NCBI GenBank assembly: GCA_965262715.1
Contig: OZ253553.1
Location: 2,496,001 to 2,560,000 of the forward strand
Reading direction: 5' to 3'
Source of the DNA: Bdellovibrionales bacterium
Lineage (GTDB): Bacteria > Bdellovibrionota > Bdellovibrionia > Bdellovibrionales > JAUICD01
Length of the DNA: 64,000 nt
The notes below the pieces were generated by a model, which did no database searches, was not told the origin of the DNA, and saw only the letters and a list, made by a program, of their open reading frames with translations. Both the position numbers and the translations under genes were made by a program. Below, piece after piece: positions 28,651 through 38,895 of this stretch (positions are counted from its first letter, which is position 1; every line of letters begins with the position of its first letter).

Positions 28651-30570
28651 CCTGACTTCGACGGTTTAAACTTATAAGTTACTGGGATCATTGGATGATA
28701 CATTACATCATAGGCACTACAATTGATTTTTAGTTATGTATTAAGTGTATTTTTATTCAATAAGATAAGGTGTTGTAGAGTGCTTAAGTCCCATAATCTG
28801 ATAGATTTTCAGAGCTTCCTTACTTATATTTGAAGGTATAGAGTACTTTCTGTTATTGGTTTGATCTACTAATAAACTATGCTGTACATGGATTAAAGCA
28901 TTTCGTATAACTTCCGGTGAACAGGATTGGTATTGTATCTTAATTCTGTAAGCTAAGTGTCTTATACAGACTAAACAGATAAAAGCAATGGCTATGTGTG
29001 CTTTGATCCGATCTGATGTCCAGTGAAATATAGGACGTATTTTTAAATCATGCTTAGCTATCCGGAATGTTTCTTCGACTTGCCATAACCCCTTATATTG
29101 GCTAATAATGTCTAAATCATCCATATCTTTGAGGTTTGTTATGACTCCAAACAAACCATCCCACTTTTGATCTTCTTTGACTCGATTTTCATTGACTGAA
29201 AGCTTTTGTTTCTTGCCTGTGACTTTTAAATACTTCTTATAACCGTAATTGTTTAATAAAGTCTTCACATCTTGAGCCTTTGAGAGTTTCTTAACTAAAC
29301 TATCTATAGTTTGTTGACGATCATGTCGATCTTTCTCCGCTCTCTTATAAGAATAACAAACTATCACTTTCCTCTTATTATCTTTATCTTCTAATGATTG
29401 AATCTTGAAACCTTCTTGTTTACTGACAATTTTGTACTTTGACTTATCTAATACAAGCTCTTGTTTTACTTTTGGTAATTTCTTAAGCTTAGCTCCTACA
29501 ATATAATGAAGATTCTCATCTTCTAGTGCTTTTAAATTATCTTCACTTAACATTCCTCTATCAGCGACATAAATAGCTTGTTCTAAGTTATATTTAGACT
29601 TCATCTCTTTTATCACTGGATTTAAGGTATGACCCTCGAAGATAGCACCCGGGAAAGTCTCGTAACTGACAGGAAAACCTTCTTTGGTCACAACGACTGC
29701 TAAACACACTTGAGATTCTTTAAACTTAGCATCTTTACTGTAACCTCTTTGTCTTAAATCATCTTCAATAATTGATTCAAAATACAGTGTCGTACAATCA
29801 AAAAACAAAACTTTCAAAGGCTCTTTAAAAACCTTTTGTGCCACTTGACCTGCCAGTCTCTTTATCTTATCTATCCTTTTGCTATCTAAACGATCCATCA
29901 TGCGATAAATCTTCTCTAACGAAATATGAACTCCAAAATCCTCTTCTAAAAATCGACTGCTCTCTCTTTTACTTTGAGGATTAGCTATCCGAGCCATCAC
30001 TGTATGAAATAAAACCCAATGTGATGAATGATAACGACTCACTGGTAAAATGCGATCTAAACCTAATTCCTTGTACATAGCTCCATAAACCTCATGAATA
30101 CCTACAATGACTCTTTGATCTTCCCTTAGTTTCTTAAGATCTACTTTTAAGGGTTTATTGCAATGACGAAACTTGGACTCAATCACTTGTTTAGAAATCT
30201 CTTCCGGAGCAAAAAAAGATAATTGATTTTCATTTGTTAGTTTAGCTTTGATGAATTCTCCAAGCTCTTGAAGACGAAATAGCTCATCCTCATCTTGAGC
30301 CACTCCGACATGACGGATGATCTTTTGGCGAACTTTATTGCCATAACGGATAGAATCAACGATCTGAACTGACTGCCTTGGACTGTTTGGTGTGCTTTTG
30401 ATTCTTACAAACATAAAAATAATTTAATGCTTATTAAAAAAAAAGTCAAAATAAAAATAAAAATAATCTGACTTGGTGTGTTACTAGGCACTACATCGAA
30501 AACTTACTCCAAAATCCTATAACCATCAATGTTACAAAACCAATACCGAACATAAACCGTCGAAGTCAGG
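28651..30570 (-). mobile_element. IS1634-family insertion sequence (1920 bp)
   Basis: Perfect 18-bp terminal IR CCTGACTTCGACGGTTTA; single transposase; long flanking direct repeat. Confidence 0.95.
28753..30414 (-). CDS. IS1634-family DDE transposase
   Basis: FFDCTTLYFE, GYSKD, VADRGM, LWQVEETFRIAK..RPIFHW. Confidence 0.95.
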   Translation of the reverse strand: MFVRIKSTPNSPRQSVQIVDSIRYGNKVRQKIIRHVGVAQDEDELFRLQELGEFIKAKLTNENQLSFFAPEEISKQVIESKFRHCNKPLKVDLKKLREDQRVIVGIHEVYGAMYKELGLDRILPVSRYHSSHWVLFHTVMARIANPQSKRESSRFLEEDFGVHISLEKIYRMMDRLDSKRIDKIKRLAGQVAQKVFKEPLKVLFFDCTTLYFESIIEDDLRQRGYSKDAKFKESQVCLAVVVTKEGFPVSYETFPGAIFEGHTLNPVIKEMKSKYNLEQAIYVADRGMLSEDNLKALEDENLHYIVGAKLKKLPKVKQELVLDKSKYKIVSKQEGFKIQSLEDKDNKRKVIVCYSYKRAEKDRHDRQQTIDSLVKKLSKAQDVKTLLNNYGYKKYLKVTGKKQKLSVNENRVKEDQKWDGLFGVITNLKDMDDLDIISQYKGLWQVEETFRIAKHDLKIRPIFHWTSDRIKAHIAIAFICLVCIRHLAYRIKIQYQSCSPEVIRNALIHVQHSLLVDQTNNRKYSIPSNISKEALKIYQIMGLKHSTTPYLIE

Positions 30571-30808
30571 AGGCCTTTCTACAGAAAAGATATTACAAGT
30601 TCATGTGCCTGCAATTGTAAATGCTCTCAAAGAAGAATTTTAATTTAAAATAAGGTTCACATAACTAGAAACCCTCTCAAAAATAAAGTCCTGTATTTTG
30701 CTTTTGCGAATTACAAAGTTAAAATAACAAATCATTATTATCCCGGGGTCTGGCAATCAGGCAATCGGTGTCTGGAAACTGGCGTCCATTCTGGAGACTT
30801 AGGTTATT
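30571..30808 (+). repeat. 238-bp direct repeat, right copy
   Basis: Matches 28413-28650, including the last 73 nt of mpaA. Confidence 0.93.
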
Positions 30809-30937
30809 ATGTCTTAAAATGATGCTTCAATATAATACTCTCTTTATAAACTCACAACCAACTCACAAATTCATGATTATTAATGTCTCTTTTAGAGATA
30901 AGTACTAACCCTTCGTCTTTAGACAAAGCTAAATTTT

Positions 30938-31044
30938 TTACTTAAAAATGAGCCTCTAGAGACGAACCTCTAGAGGCGAGTCTCTCGAGGCGAGCCTCTG
31001 GTCATCTTTAAGAAGGAGATTCCTCTATACTAACATCAAGGAAA
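30938..31044 (+). repeat. Family A derivative lacking the long inner hairpin
   Basis: TTACTTAAAAATG, three 14-bp CCTCT(A/C)GAG(G/A) units, tail ..AAGGAAA. Confidence 0.6.
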
Positions 31045-31336
31045 TCTTTACGATTTTGATATAGAATCGTTTTAGTCAATCTTCAATTGATTCTATTTGA
31101 ATCTCTTATAGTCCAAAATTACTCTGCCAAAACCATCTATATTAAGCTTTCAAGATACAGCAGATTAAATATATTTAAGAACTTTTATCCAGATTCGTTA
31201 TTTTTACTTTATATTTTCAAATCATTAGACCGATATATTTTTATCTACACAATTAAACAATTAATTGTGAGTGAAGTTTTTATGAACTGAATAAAGATAA
31301 TAAAATCAAGAATCACAAAATAAGGAACTGCATTTT

Positions 31337-34300
31337 ATGAAATTCTTTCTTTCTACATTTAGTTTAAAACTCGGACGTTTATGTATTTGTTTGTTGTTTT
31401 TAATGCTTGCAGCTTGCGGAGATGATGAAACTAAAGACTCCACAAGTGTTGGAGTCATAGTAACAGGGCTTGAAGATGATGCAACACCCAGAAAGGCAAA
31501 GACATGGAACTGGGGTTGTGAAGAAGATGGTGAAGAAGTAGATTGTGTTTATCGTCATGCGATCACCACAGCAGCATCCCATGATTTTAAAGATGATGAC
31601 TATGATGGTGAAGATAAAAGCGCAACCACTGATGATGGGCTTGATGGAAAACATTATATTCATGTCCAAGCACAATCTGAGGAGACAGATAATGAGTCAG
31701 AGGTAGAGACAGTTTCTGTGACACTAGATAATACCCTTCCAAATGACCCAGATCCAAATAATTTTGATGCTCCTAGTCCAAGTGCTAGCTCACCAATTCA
31801 GATCACTGTGAAAAATCTTAAGGCAGGAGATATAGTTCGCATTTATGTTGATGGCCCCGATAAAGAAGATACAGAAAATAGCAGTTTTCTTAGCAATGTT
31901 TGGAGCCTTGTTGCTCCTGCTTTAAATTTAAGCTCAACAACAACCTCTTCTGATACCATTTGTGCTGATGCAGATAATAAAGTAGGAGAAGAAACTGTTA
32001 GCAGTGGCCAGACACAGGTCACTGTAGATGTAGATGTAAATGTTAGTGAGCACGAATATTATGCAATAATTGAAGATGCAGCTGGAAACGAAAGTGCTTG
32101 TATAAAAGTGTTTACTTACGAGAATATTTTTGTACCTGAACCTCCTACTCCAACAGCTTGTCCATCCATCAAACCTCATTGGAAGTTTGTTGGCGGACTT
32201 TGTCGTCCTTCCTGTGGAGTTATTGCAGGACATGCAGGCTATGGCAGTGGATCTTATGCTCGTGGAGACGCAGAAACTTGTGAAACCCTGACTGCAAGTG
32301 GACATAGCGACTGGGAGGAATTTGAGATTGAAGATGGAGGTCAGACAATAAGCAGTAATGATGCTCATGAAGTAGAAGAGAGAGACGGCGTATGCTGTAA
32401 AAGAGGAACTGCTAGCAATGCATCTTCTCCACCAGTTGTGACAGGTCTTGATCACGACACTACACCGGGGCTTGAAAAAACTTTTACCTGGGGATGTGAT
32501 AAAAATAATTGTCGGTATAGATATGCCATCAATAAATATAGCTCTCATACCTTTCCTGAAAGTACTGTTTACACAAATACAACAACAATCACTAAACCTC
32601 AGGATAAGAGAACCAAGTATTATCTTCATGTACAAGCTGTTAATACAGACCGAGAATCTGCTGTTAAATCTGTATCATTTATCCTCGTGCCTCCTACTCC
32701 TCCTAAAGTGACAGGATTAGAGGATGATCCTACACCTAAGACAGTTAAAACATGGAGCTGGAATTGTGATAAAGGCTCTTGTACCTATCGTTATGCGATC
32801 AATCAAACTCAAACTCATACTTTTACAAATGAGTCTTATGGGCAAGATACAACAGCTACAAAACAGATCACATCTGCCAGTGAAAATGGAACTTATTATT
32901 TACATGTTCAAGCCATGGATTCAGATAGTAATGAGTCTGAAGTAAAAACAGTCCTTGCTATTCTTGAGCTCTCGGCAAATCAAGACATTCATGTCACTGG
33001 TCTTATGCATGACACCAATGCCGGACGTTCAAAGACTTGGAATTGGGCTTGCGATAGCAGTTCTTGTACCTATCGCCATGCGATCAATCAAAATCTGAAA
33101 CACACATTCACTAATGAGGATCTTTATAATTCAACTCAAAGAGCTGTTAAGACAATCACATCTGCCAGTGAAAATGGAACATACTTTTTACATGTTCAAG
33201 CCAAAGATGCAAATAACAAAGAATCTGAAGTAGAGACAGTCGTTGTTGTTCTTGAAATAGGTACCGTTACCAATGATGTTCGTGTTACAAGTCTTAGCCA
33301 TGATACCAATGCCGGACGTTCAAAGACTTGGAATTGGGGTTGTAATAAGAGCTCTTGTACATATCGTGCTGTGATCAACAAAAATAACACCCACACTTTT
33401 TCTGGCAGCACCACATATAGAGCAGCTACAACAGCTGCAAAGTCGATAAATTCTGCAAATGAAAATGGTATATATTATTTACATGTTCAAGCTAGAGATT
33501 CAAATAACAATGAATCTGAAGTAGAAACAGTCCTTGCTGTTCTTGAAATTCCAACAACTACAAGTGATGTTCAAGTGACAGGACTTGCGCATGATACGAA
33601 TGCCGGAGCTTCAAGAATTTGGAATTGGACTTGTAACAAAGGTTCTTGTACTTATCGCTATGCAGTCAACCAAAGTCAAACCCACACTTTCTCTAGCAGC
33701 TATACCTCAACTCGAACAACTACAAAAGCAATCACATCTGCCAGTGAAAATGGAACTTATTATTTACATGTGCAGGCCAAAGACTCAAATAATAATGAAT
33801 CTGAAGTTAAAACAGTCCTTGCCATTCTTAAGATTTCAACAACTACAACAAGTGATGTTCAAGTGACAGGTCTTCTGCATGATGATGTTCCTAAAACTTC
33901 AAAGACTTGGACTTGGGGTTGTAATAAAGGCTCTTGTACATACCGCTATGCAGTCAATCAAGCTCAGTCTCATACTTTTTCTTCAGGAGGTTATACATCT
34001 ACTCAAAGCGCTGTTAAGGCGATCTCTTCTGCCAATGAAAACGGCGTATATTATTTACATGTACAGGCGAGGGATTCAAACAACAATGAATCTGAAGTGA
34101 AGACAGTGATAGCTATTTTTGAAATTTCAAGTGTTGTAGGGACTGTACAAGTAACAGGACTCTCACATGATACTGATCCTAAACGTTCAAAGGCATGGAA
34201 CTGGGGCTGCGATAAGAGTTCCTGTACCTATCGCTATACAATCAATCAAAGTCAAACTCATACTTTTTCTAATAGTGATAGATATAGATCGACTCAAACA

Positions 34301-37153
34301 GCTACAAAACGGATCACCTCTTCAAGTCAAAATGGAACATATTATTTACATGTTCAAGCAAAAGATGGAGGTAACAATGAATCCCAGATAAGAACAATCC
34401 TTGTTATTCTTAGGTATAGTGGTGGAGTTGTAGGTGATCTTGCAGTCATTGGAGTTGAAGATGATATTATAGCAAAAGATCGTAAAATATGGAGATGGTA
34501 TTGCACCAATAACTCTGGCGCTTGTAGCTACCGTTATGTTGTTAATCAGACTGATACACATACCTTCCCAGACAGCCATAGCTTTGATTCAAGTCAAATG
34601 GCTGAACAGACAGCCGGTACTGATGACAATGGGACATATTATCTGCATGTTCAGGCAAAGGATGGAGCAAATAATCTTTCAGCTGTCAGAAGTGTTGTTG
34701 CTTATCTTACTGAGACCCTTTTTCCATCTTCATTATTAAACTTTATTTGTAATCCCAGTGAAAGTGTTGGAAAAAGCACGCTTTGTTCATGGGGTGTTAG
34801 TGGTGGTGAATACCGTCATATAATCAGTGAAAGCGCGACTCACATTTTTGGAGTTGATGATCTTTATAGCATGACCACTACTTCTGCAATTATTGATGTG
34901 GCCAATGGCAACCGTCATGCTGGTACAACGTATTATTTACATGTACAGGGTAAAGATGCAAATGGTAATCTTTCTGATATAGAGACAAACTTTATCACTT
35001 TAACAGCAAAAGAGATTGTGGTGAAAATTGATGAAGAAGAGAGCAAAAAACTTAATAAAATGAGTCAAAAATGGAAGTGGGAATGTGATGATGACTCTGC
35101 AACTGCAGATGAACCAGCTACTAAGCCCTGCGTATATCGCTATGCAATCACCCAAGAAAGCTCTCATGAATTTGACAATAATGATGGCTATGGAAGTAAT
35201 GAGGAAATTACCAAGACTCTAACACATAAAGATGAGAATGGTACTTATTACCTTCACGTACAGACCAAAGATGCTGATAATAATGTCTCTGCTATTAAGA
35301 GCAGTGATCCTGGAGTAGAATTAGCATTTGAATTGGATCTGACATTAAAAGATCCAGAGCCTCATACAGAGCTAAACAATGATGATGAGGAAGCGCCAAC
35401 ATCACTACAGCTTCATCTAGATAAAACTCCTACCTTTACATTAAGAGGTGTACTGGATAATCATAAGGTGACACTTTACAGCTCATCAGAGTGTACAGAT
35501 GGAAGTAATGATGATAATGGTGACCCTACTAAAGACACTCGAATATCAAGTGAAATCACTATGTCATCAGGACAAGTAGATATCACTATTCCTAATAATA
35601 AGTTTTCTGATTTAACGACATATCCTATCTATGTAGGTGTTAAAGATTCTAATAACGACATAGATTGCTATGCTGCAACAAGCACCTCTAGTGCGACTCC
35701 TGTCATAGCTGATGATACAAATAAAGATACTATTGCACCTCTTTTTGAATACACTCTCTATAATCCTATAGCTGGGGGAGTTGAGAAAACATGTTATCTA
35801 TCTACAACAGGGGATGTCAAGTGTTGGGGTGATGGCACTGAAACACCAGATTCTCTTGACAGCTCGAAAGCTAAGGCTGTGGTTGTAGGTGGTGAGAATA
35901 ATGAATGTCGTATCTTAAGTGATGATACCGCAACTTGTACTGGAAATTTCGTCCCTACAGAAAATAATGATGAAGTTAATGCCATTGCTCTGGGTGCGGA
36001 TCATGCTTGCAGCATTTTAAAGGAAGATAACTCTGTATACTGTTCTGGTGATGACAATGACAAAGGACAACTTGGAACAGGAACTGCATCAAGTGGCGCA
36101 GTTAATTTAGGTTGTGATGGTCCTAGTAATAGTTGTGATCAACTTAAAGCTAAGGACATTGTTGCTGGTGACAATCATACTTGCGTAATTCTTTTAGATG
36201 AGAATGAAAACAATCCAGGTCAGAACTATAATGGCAGAGTTCTCTGTTGGGGACATAATGCCAAAGGACAACTTGGACAAAATGATATATTAAATCATGG
36301 TGCTGAGCCTGATTTAAGTTCTCAAGATACACAACCTAGCCTTGTCAGTCAACTTGACTATGTTAATTTGGGTAGTGGTCGAACTGCTAAATCTATTACA
36401 GCAGGACAAAACCATACATGCGCCCTATTAGATAATAATACAGTGAAATGTTGGGGACATAATATATTAGGTCAACTAGGTCGAAACAATGTCATTGATT
36501 ATGGTACCGATAACAATCAAATGAGCAGCTTAGGTACCATTTCTCTAGGCAGGAGTGCTGCTTCTATTTTCACAGGAGTCGGCTCTAATCATACCTGCGC
36601 TGTTTTAGATAATAATACAGTGAAATGTTGGGGTAATAACTGGAAAGGACAACTTGGACAAAATGATAAAACAAATGTTGATGAAGATGGAGAAATTGGA
36701 AGTGATGATGATCCTGACGATCCCTTCCTTGATGGCAGTAAGATTGTAATTAACAGAAACCATGGTAGTGGTAGAGGCAATGATGTGCCTCTTAAGACTG
36801 GTGAGAGTCGAAGTAATATCCTAACCAAAACTGTATCTAGTCTTTCAACTCTTCAATTTGGTTGTAATAGTGGCACTGATCGTAATGGTGAACCTCTACC
36901 TTGTTCTTCCTCAAATAACTTTAAACTCAAAGTTCCTTATGGCATTGCAGTAGGAAAAGATCATGCCTGTGCTGTCTTAGTGACAGATCAAGAAAGCGAT
37001 AAAGGCAAAGACTTTGTAAAATGCTGGGGATCAAACGATAACAAACAACTTGGCCATGATGAAGACAAGGGTTATGGTAGTAACACAACTGATAGTGTGG
37101 AAAAAGCACCTTTCCTCGAATTTGCAGAGCCAGAGCCAGAGGTGGTGAATTAG
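31337..37153 (+). CDS. Giant repeat lipoprotein (11 repeats of about 97 aa plus RCC1-like C-terminus), paralog 1
   Basis: Lipobox LAAC; repeats W.W.C..C.YR..H.F..G.YYLHVQA; RCC1/BLIP-II-like AG.NHTCA..VKCWG.N..GQLG. Confidence 0.85.
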   Translation: MKFFLSTFSLKLGRLCICLLFLMLAACGDDETKDSTSVGVIVTGLEDDATPRKAKTWNWGCEEDGEEVDCVYRHAITTAASHDFKDDDYDGEDKSATTDDGLDGKHYIHVQAQSEETDNESEVETVSVTLDNTLPNDPDPNNFDAPSPSASSPIQITVKNLKAGDIVRIYVDGPDKEDTENSSFLSNVWSLVAPALNLSSTTTSSDTICADADNKVGEETVSSGQTQVTVDVDVNVSEHEYYAIIEDAAGNESACIKVFTYENIFVPEPPTPTACPSIKPHWKFVGGLCRPSCGVIAGHAGYGSGSYARGDAETCETLTASGHSDWEEFEIEDGGQTISSNDAHEVEERDGVCCKRGTASNASSPPVVTGLDHDTTPGLEKTFTWGCDKNNCRYRYAINKYSSHTFPESTVYTNTTTITKPQDKRTKYYLHVQAVNTDRESAVKSVSFILVPPTPPKVTGLEDDPTPKTVKTWSWNCDKGSCTYRYAINQTQTHTFTNESYGQDTTATKQITSASENGTYYLHVQAMDSDSNESEVKTVLAILELSANQDIHVTGLMHDTNAGRSKTWNWACDSSSCTYRHAINQNLKHTFTNEDLYNSTQRAVKTITSASENGTYFLHVQAKDANNKESEVETVVVVLEIGTVTNDVRVTSLSHDTNAGRSKTWNWGCNKSSCTYRAVINKNNTHTFSGSTTYRAATTAAKSINSANENGIYYLHVQARDSNNNESEVETVLAVLEIPTTTSDVQVTGLAHDTNAGASRIWNWTCNKGSCTYRYAVNQSQTHTFSSSYTSTRTTTKAITSASENGTYYLHVQAKDSNNNESEVKTVLAILKISTTTTSDVQVTGLLHDDVPKTSKTWTWGCNKGSCTYRYAVNQAQSHTFSSGGYTSTQSAVKAISSANENGVYYLHVQARDSNNNESEVKTVIAIFEISSVVGTVQVTGLSHDTDPKRSKAWNWGCDKSSCTYRYTINQSQTHTFSNSDRYRSTQTATKRITSSSQNGTYYLHVQAKDGGNNESQIRTILVILRYSGGVVGDLAVIGVEDDIIAKDRKIWRWYCTNNSGACSYRYVVNQTDTHTFPDSHSFDSSQMAEQTAGTDDNGTYYLHVQAKDGANNLSAVRSVVAYLTETLFPSSLLNFICNPSESVGKSTLCSWGVSGGEYRHIISESATHIFGVDDLYSMTTTSAIIDVANGNRHAGTTYYLHVQGKDANGNLSDIETNFITLTAKEIVVKIDEEESKKLNKMSQKWKWECDDDSATADEPATKPCVYRYAITQESSHEFDNNDGYGSNEEITKTLTHKDENGTYYLHVQTKDADNNVSAIKSSDPGVELAFELDLTLKDPEPHTELNNDDEEAPTSLQLHLDKTPTFTLRGVLDNHKVTLYSSSECTDGSNDDNGDPTKDTRISSEITMSSGQVDITIPNNKFSDLTTYPIYVGVKDSNNDIDCYAATSTSSATPVIADDTNKDTIAPLFEYTLYNPIAGGVEKTCYLSTTGDVKCWGDGTETPDSLDSSKAKAVVVGGENNECRILSDDTATCTGNFVPTENNDEVNAIALGADHACSILKEDNSVYCSGDDNDKGQLGTGTASSGAVNLGCDGPSNSCDQLKAKDIVAGDNHTCVILLDENENNPGQNYNGRVLCWGHNAKGQLGQNDILNHGAEPDLSSQDTQPSLVSQLDYVNLGSGRTAKSITAGQNHTCALLDNNTVKCWGHNILGQLGRNNVIDYGTDNNQMSSLGTISLGRSAASIFTGVGSNHTCAVLDNNTVKCWGNNWKGQLGQNDKTNVDEDGEIGSDDDPDDPFLDGSKIVINRNHGSGRGNDVPLKTGESRSNILTKTVSSLSTLQFGCNSGTDRNGEPLPCSSSNNFKLKVPYGIAVGKDHACAVLVTDQESDKGKDFVKCWGSNDNKQLGHDEDKGYGSNTTDSVEKAPFLEFAEPEPEVVN

Positions 37154-37283
37154 ACTGTATTGATAGATAGGTTAAATTGAAGTTTCAAGTATTTTTACAC
37201 AATTTATATACAAAGGCTCCTATTTTATTACCCTCTTTTATTAACTTTTGATGGTTAACAAGAGTTAGTATTGCTTGATTTGT

Positions 37284-37484
37284 TTCACTCAAAATAAACC
37301 AGCCTCTCGAGGCAAGCCTCTCGAGGCAAGCCTCTCGAGACGAGTCTCTCGAGACAAGTCTTTGGCAATTCTTGGATAGTCAGCCTGAAGGCTTATGCCC
37401 CTTCAGCAAGTAGCTGACACCTCAAAAGTTTGTTCATTTTTAGTAAAGAGATACTCTTTGTTTTTTCATAACATGTTAAGGAAA
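37284..37484 (+). repeat. Family A structured dispersed repeat with four 14-bp palindromic units
   Basis: TTCACTCAAAATAAAC, AGCCTCTCGAGGCA-type unit x4, GTCAGC/GCTGAC stem, tail ATGTTAAGGAAA. Confidence 0.85.
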
Positions 37485-38778
37485 AATTCCTGCTTCTTTT
37501 CATAAGGCACTGGATAAGAGCTAGTTCACAAACCTGCCAAAAGACACTAATAGTACCCAATATAATAAAGTCTATATTTGTGCAGCAAGGTCATTAGGAG
37601 TCAAAGAAACTGTTAATGTTTCATTTAAAATCAAAACTAAAATCATTAGCTCTGCCAGTACTTATGTCTTGAAATAATACCCTCATCTGAAGTTCAATTT
37701 AAAATCCATTATATGAGCATGTCCCACGTTTCGGTGAAATTAAGATTAAGCAGAGCTTAGTGTTTGTTTACGGCTGTTTTTATTGTTAGTCAATAGTTTT
37801 AAATTTTCTTCCATTGTATTTAGATCTTTATATCCTTTAATAGCTCTAAACTTTTTTTCAGCTTCAAGTAAAGAAACAGCAGCCCATCTCATGACCTGAT
37901 CTGAAGAACTTCTCCAGTTCTTAACTCTGCTCACTTTATCTCTTACAATAGAAAAGGCAGACTCAATTGGATTTGTAGAAGATAGAGTTCTTCTTAACAG
38001 TGGAGATACTTTCAATTTAATAGTTGTCAGTGTCTCCATCTCTGCTTCCTTAAGTGAAGTCAATGCTGCATGATTTATCCTACTTAACCAACTCAGTAAA
38101 TTATTGTATTCTCTCTCTGAACAACTATAATCATTAAAGCCATGCAGCATCTTCCAGCGACGCTTAAATTCTAAATGACGTTCTTGAGGCAGATAACTTA
38201 AAACATTCCTCTCCTTGTGATGAATACAGCGTTGAATGGAAGCTCTCTTACCAAAAACTCTATCAATAGCTTTCCTTAAAGATTTGCTTCCATCAATGAC
38301 AAAGAGATAAGGCTTATTTTCACAAAGACCTCTTGCTATCAAACTCTCTAATAAGTCCTTACAAGCTTCCCAATTCTCTGTATGACCTTCTCTAAGACCA
38401 AGAACTAACTTCTTACCTTCAACTGTGATCCCAAGAGCTACAACTACTGTCCTTGAACCAAAAACGACTCCATCAATCATAATTGCTGAAAACTTATTCT
38501 TACTGAGATCACGACCATTTAAAGATTCAAGAGACTTCCTAGATGACTTATTAAAGGCTCTACTTACTGTACTCTTAGAAAGACCGGTACCGCCTACAAT
38601 ATCATCAAGAAGTTCACTGTAATTACGAGAAGATACTCCTCTCATAGCATAGCTCAGAACTCTATCACAAATGATGTCATAGCTTTGAAGCGCTGAATAA
38701 GACTTCAGTTTAATATCAGAACCCCACATCTCCTTCACCCTAGGCTTTCTGACTCGAAGCCTTTGACCTTGTGCAAGA

Positions 38779-38895
38779 ACACTCCCGCGATCACTACCAG
38801 CTCTGTAGTATCTCTTATTAATACCACGAACATGACGCTTACCACACAAAGCTAACAGCTCCTCTTCAAACAGTGCATAGATCATATCAATAATT
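38779..38895 (+). repeat. 117-bp direct repeat, left copy (long target duplication)
   Basis: Matches 40846-40962. Confidence 0.93.

Noticed and set aside
28413..30808. Assembly error explaining the long direct repeats
   Set aside because: Both IS1634 elements show repeats ending exactly at their IRs, which is known family behaviour; read confirmation is still desirable
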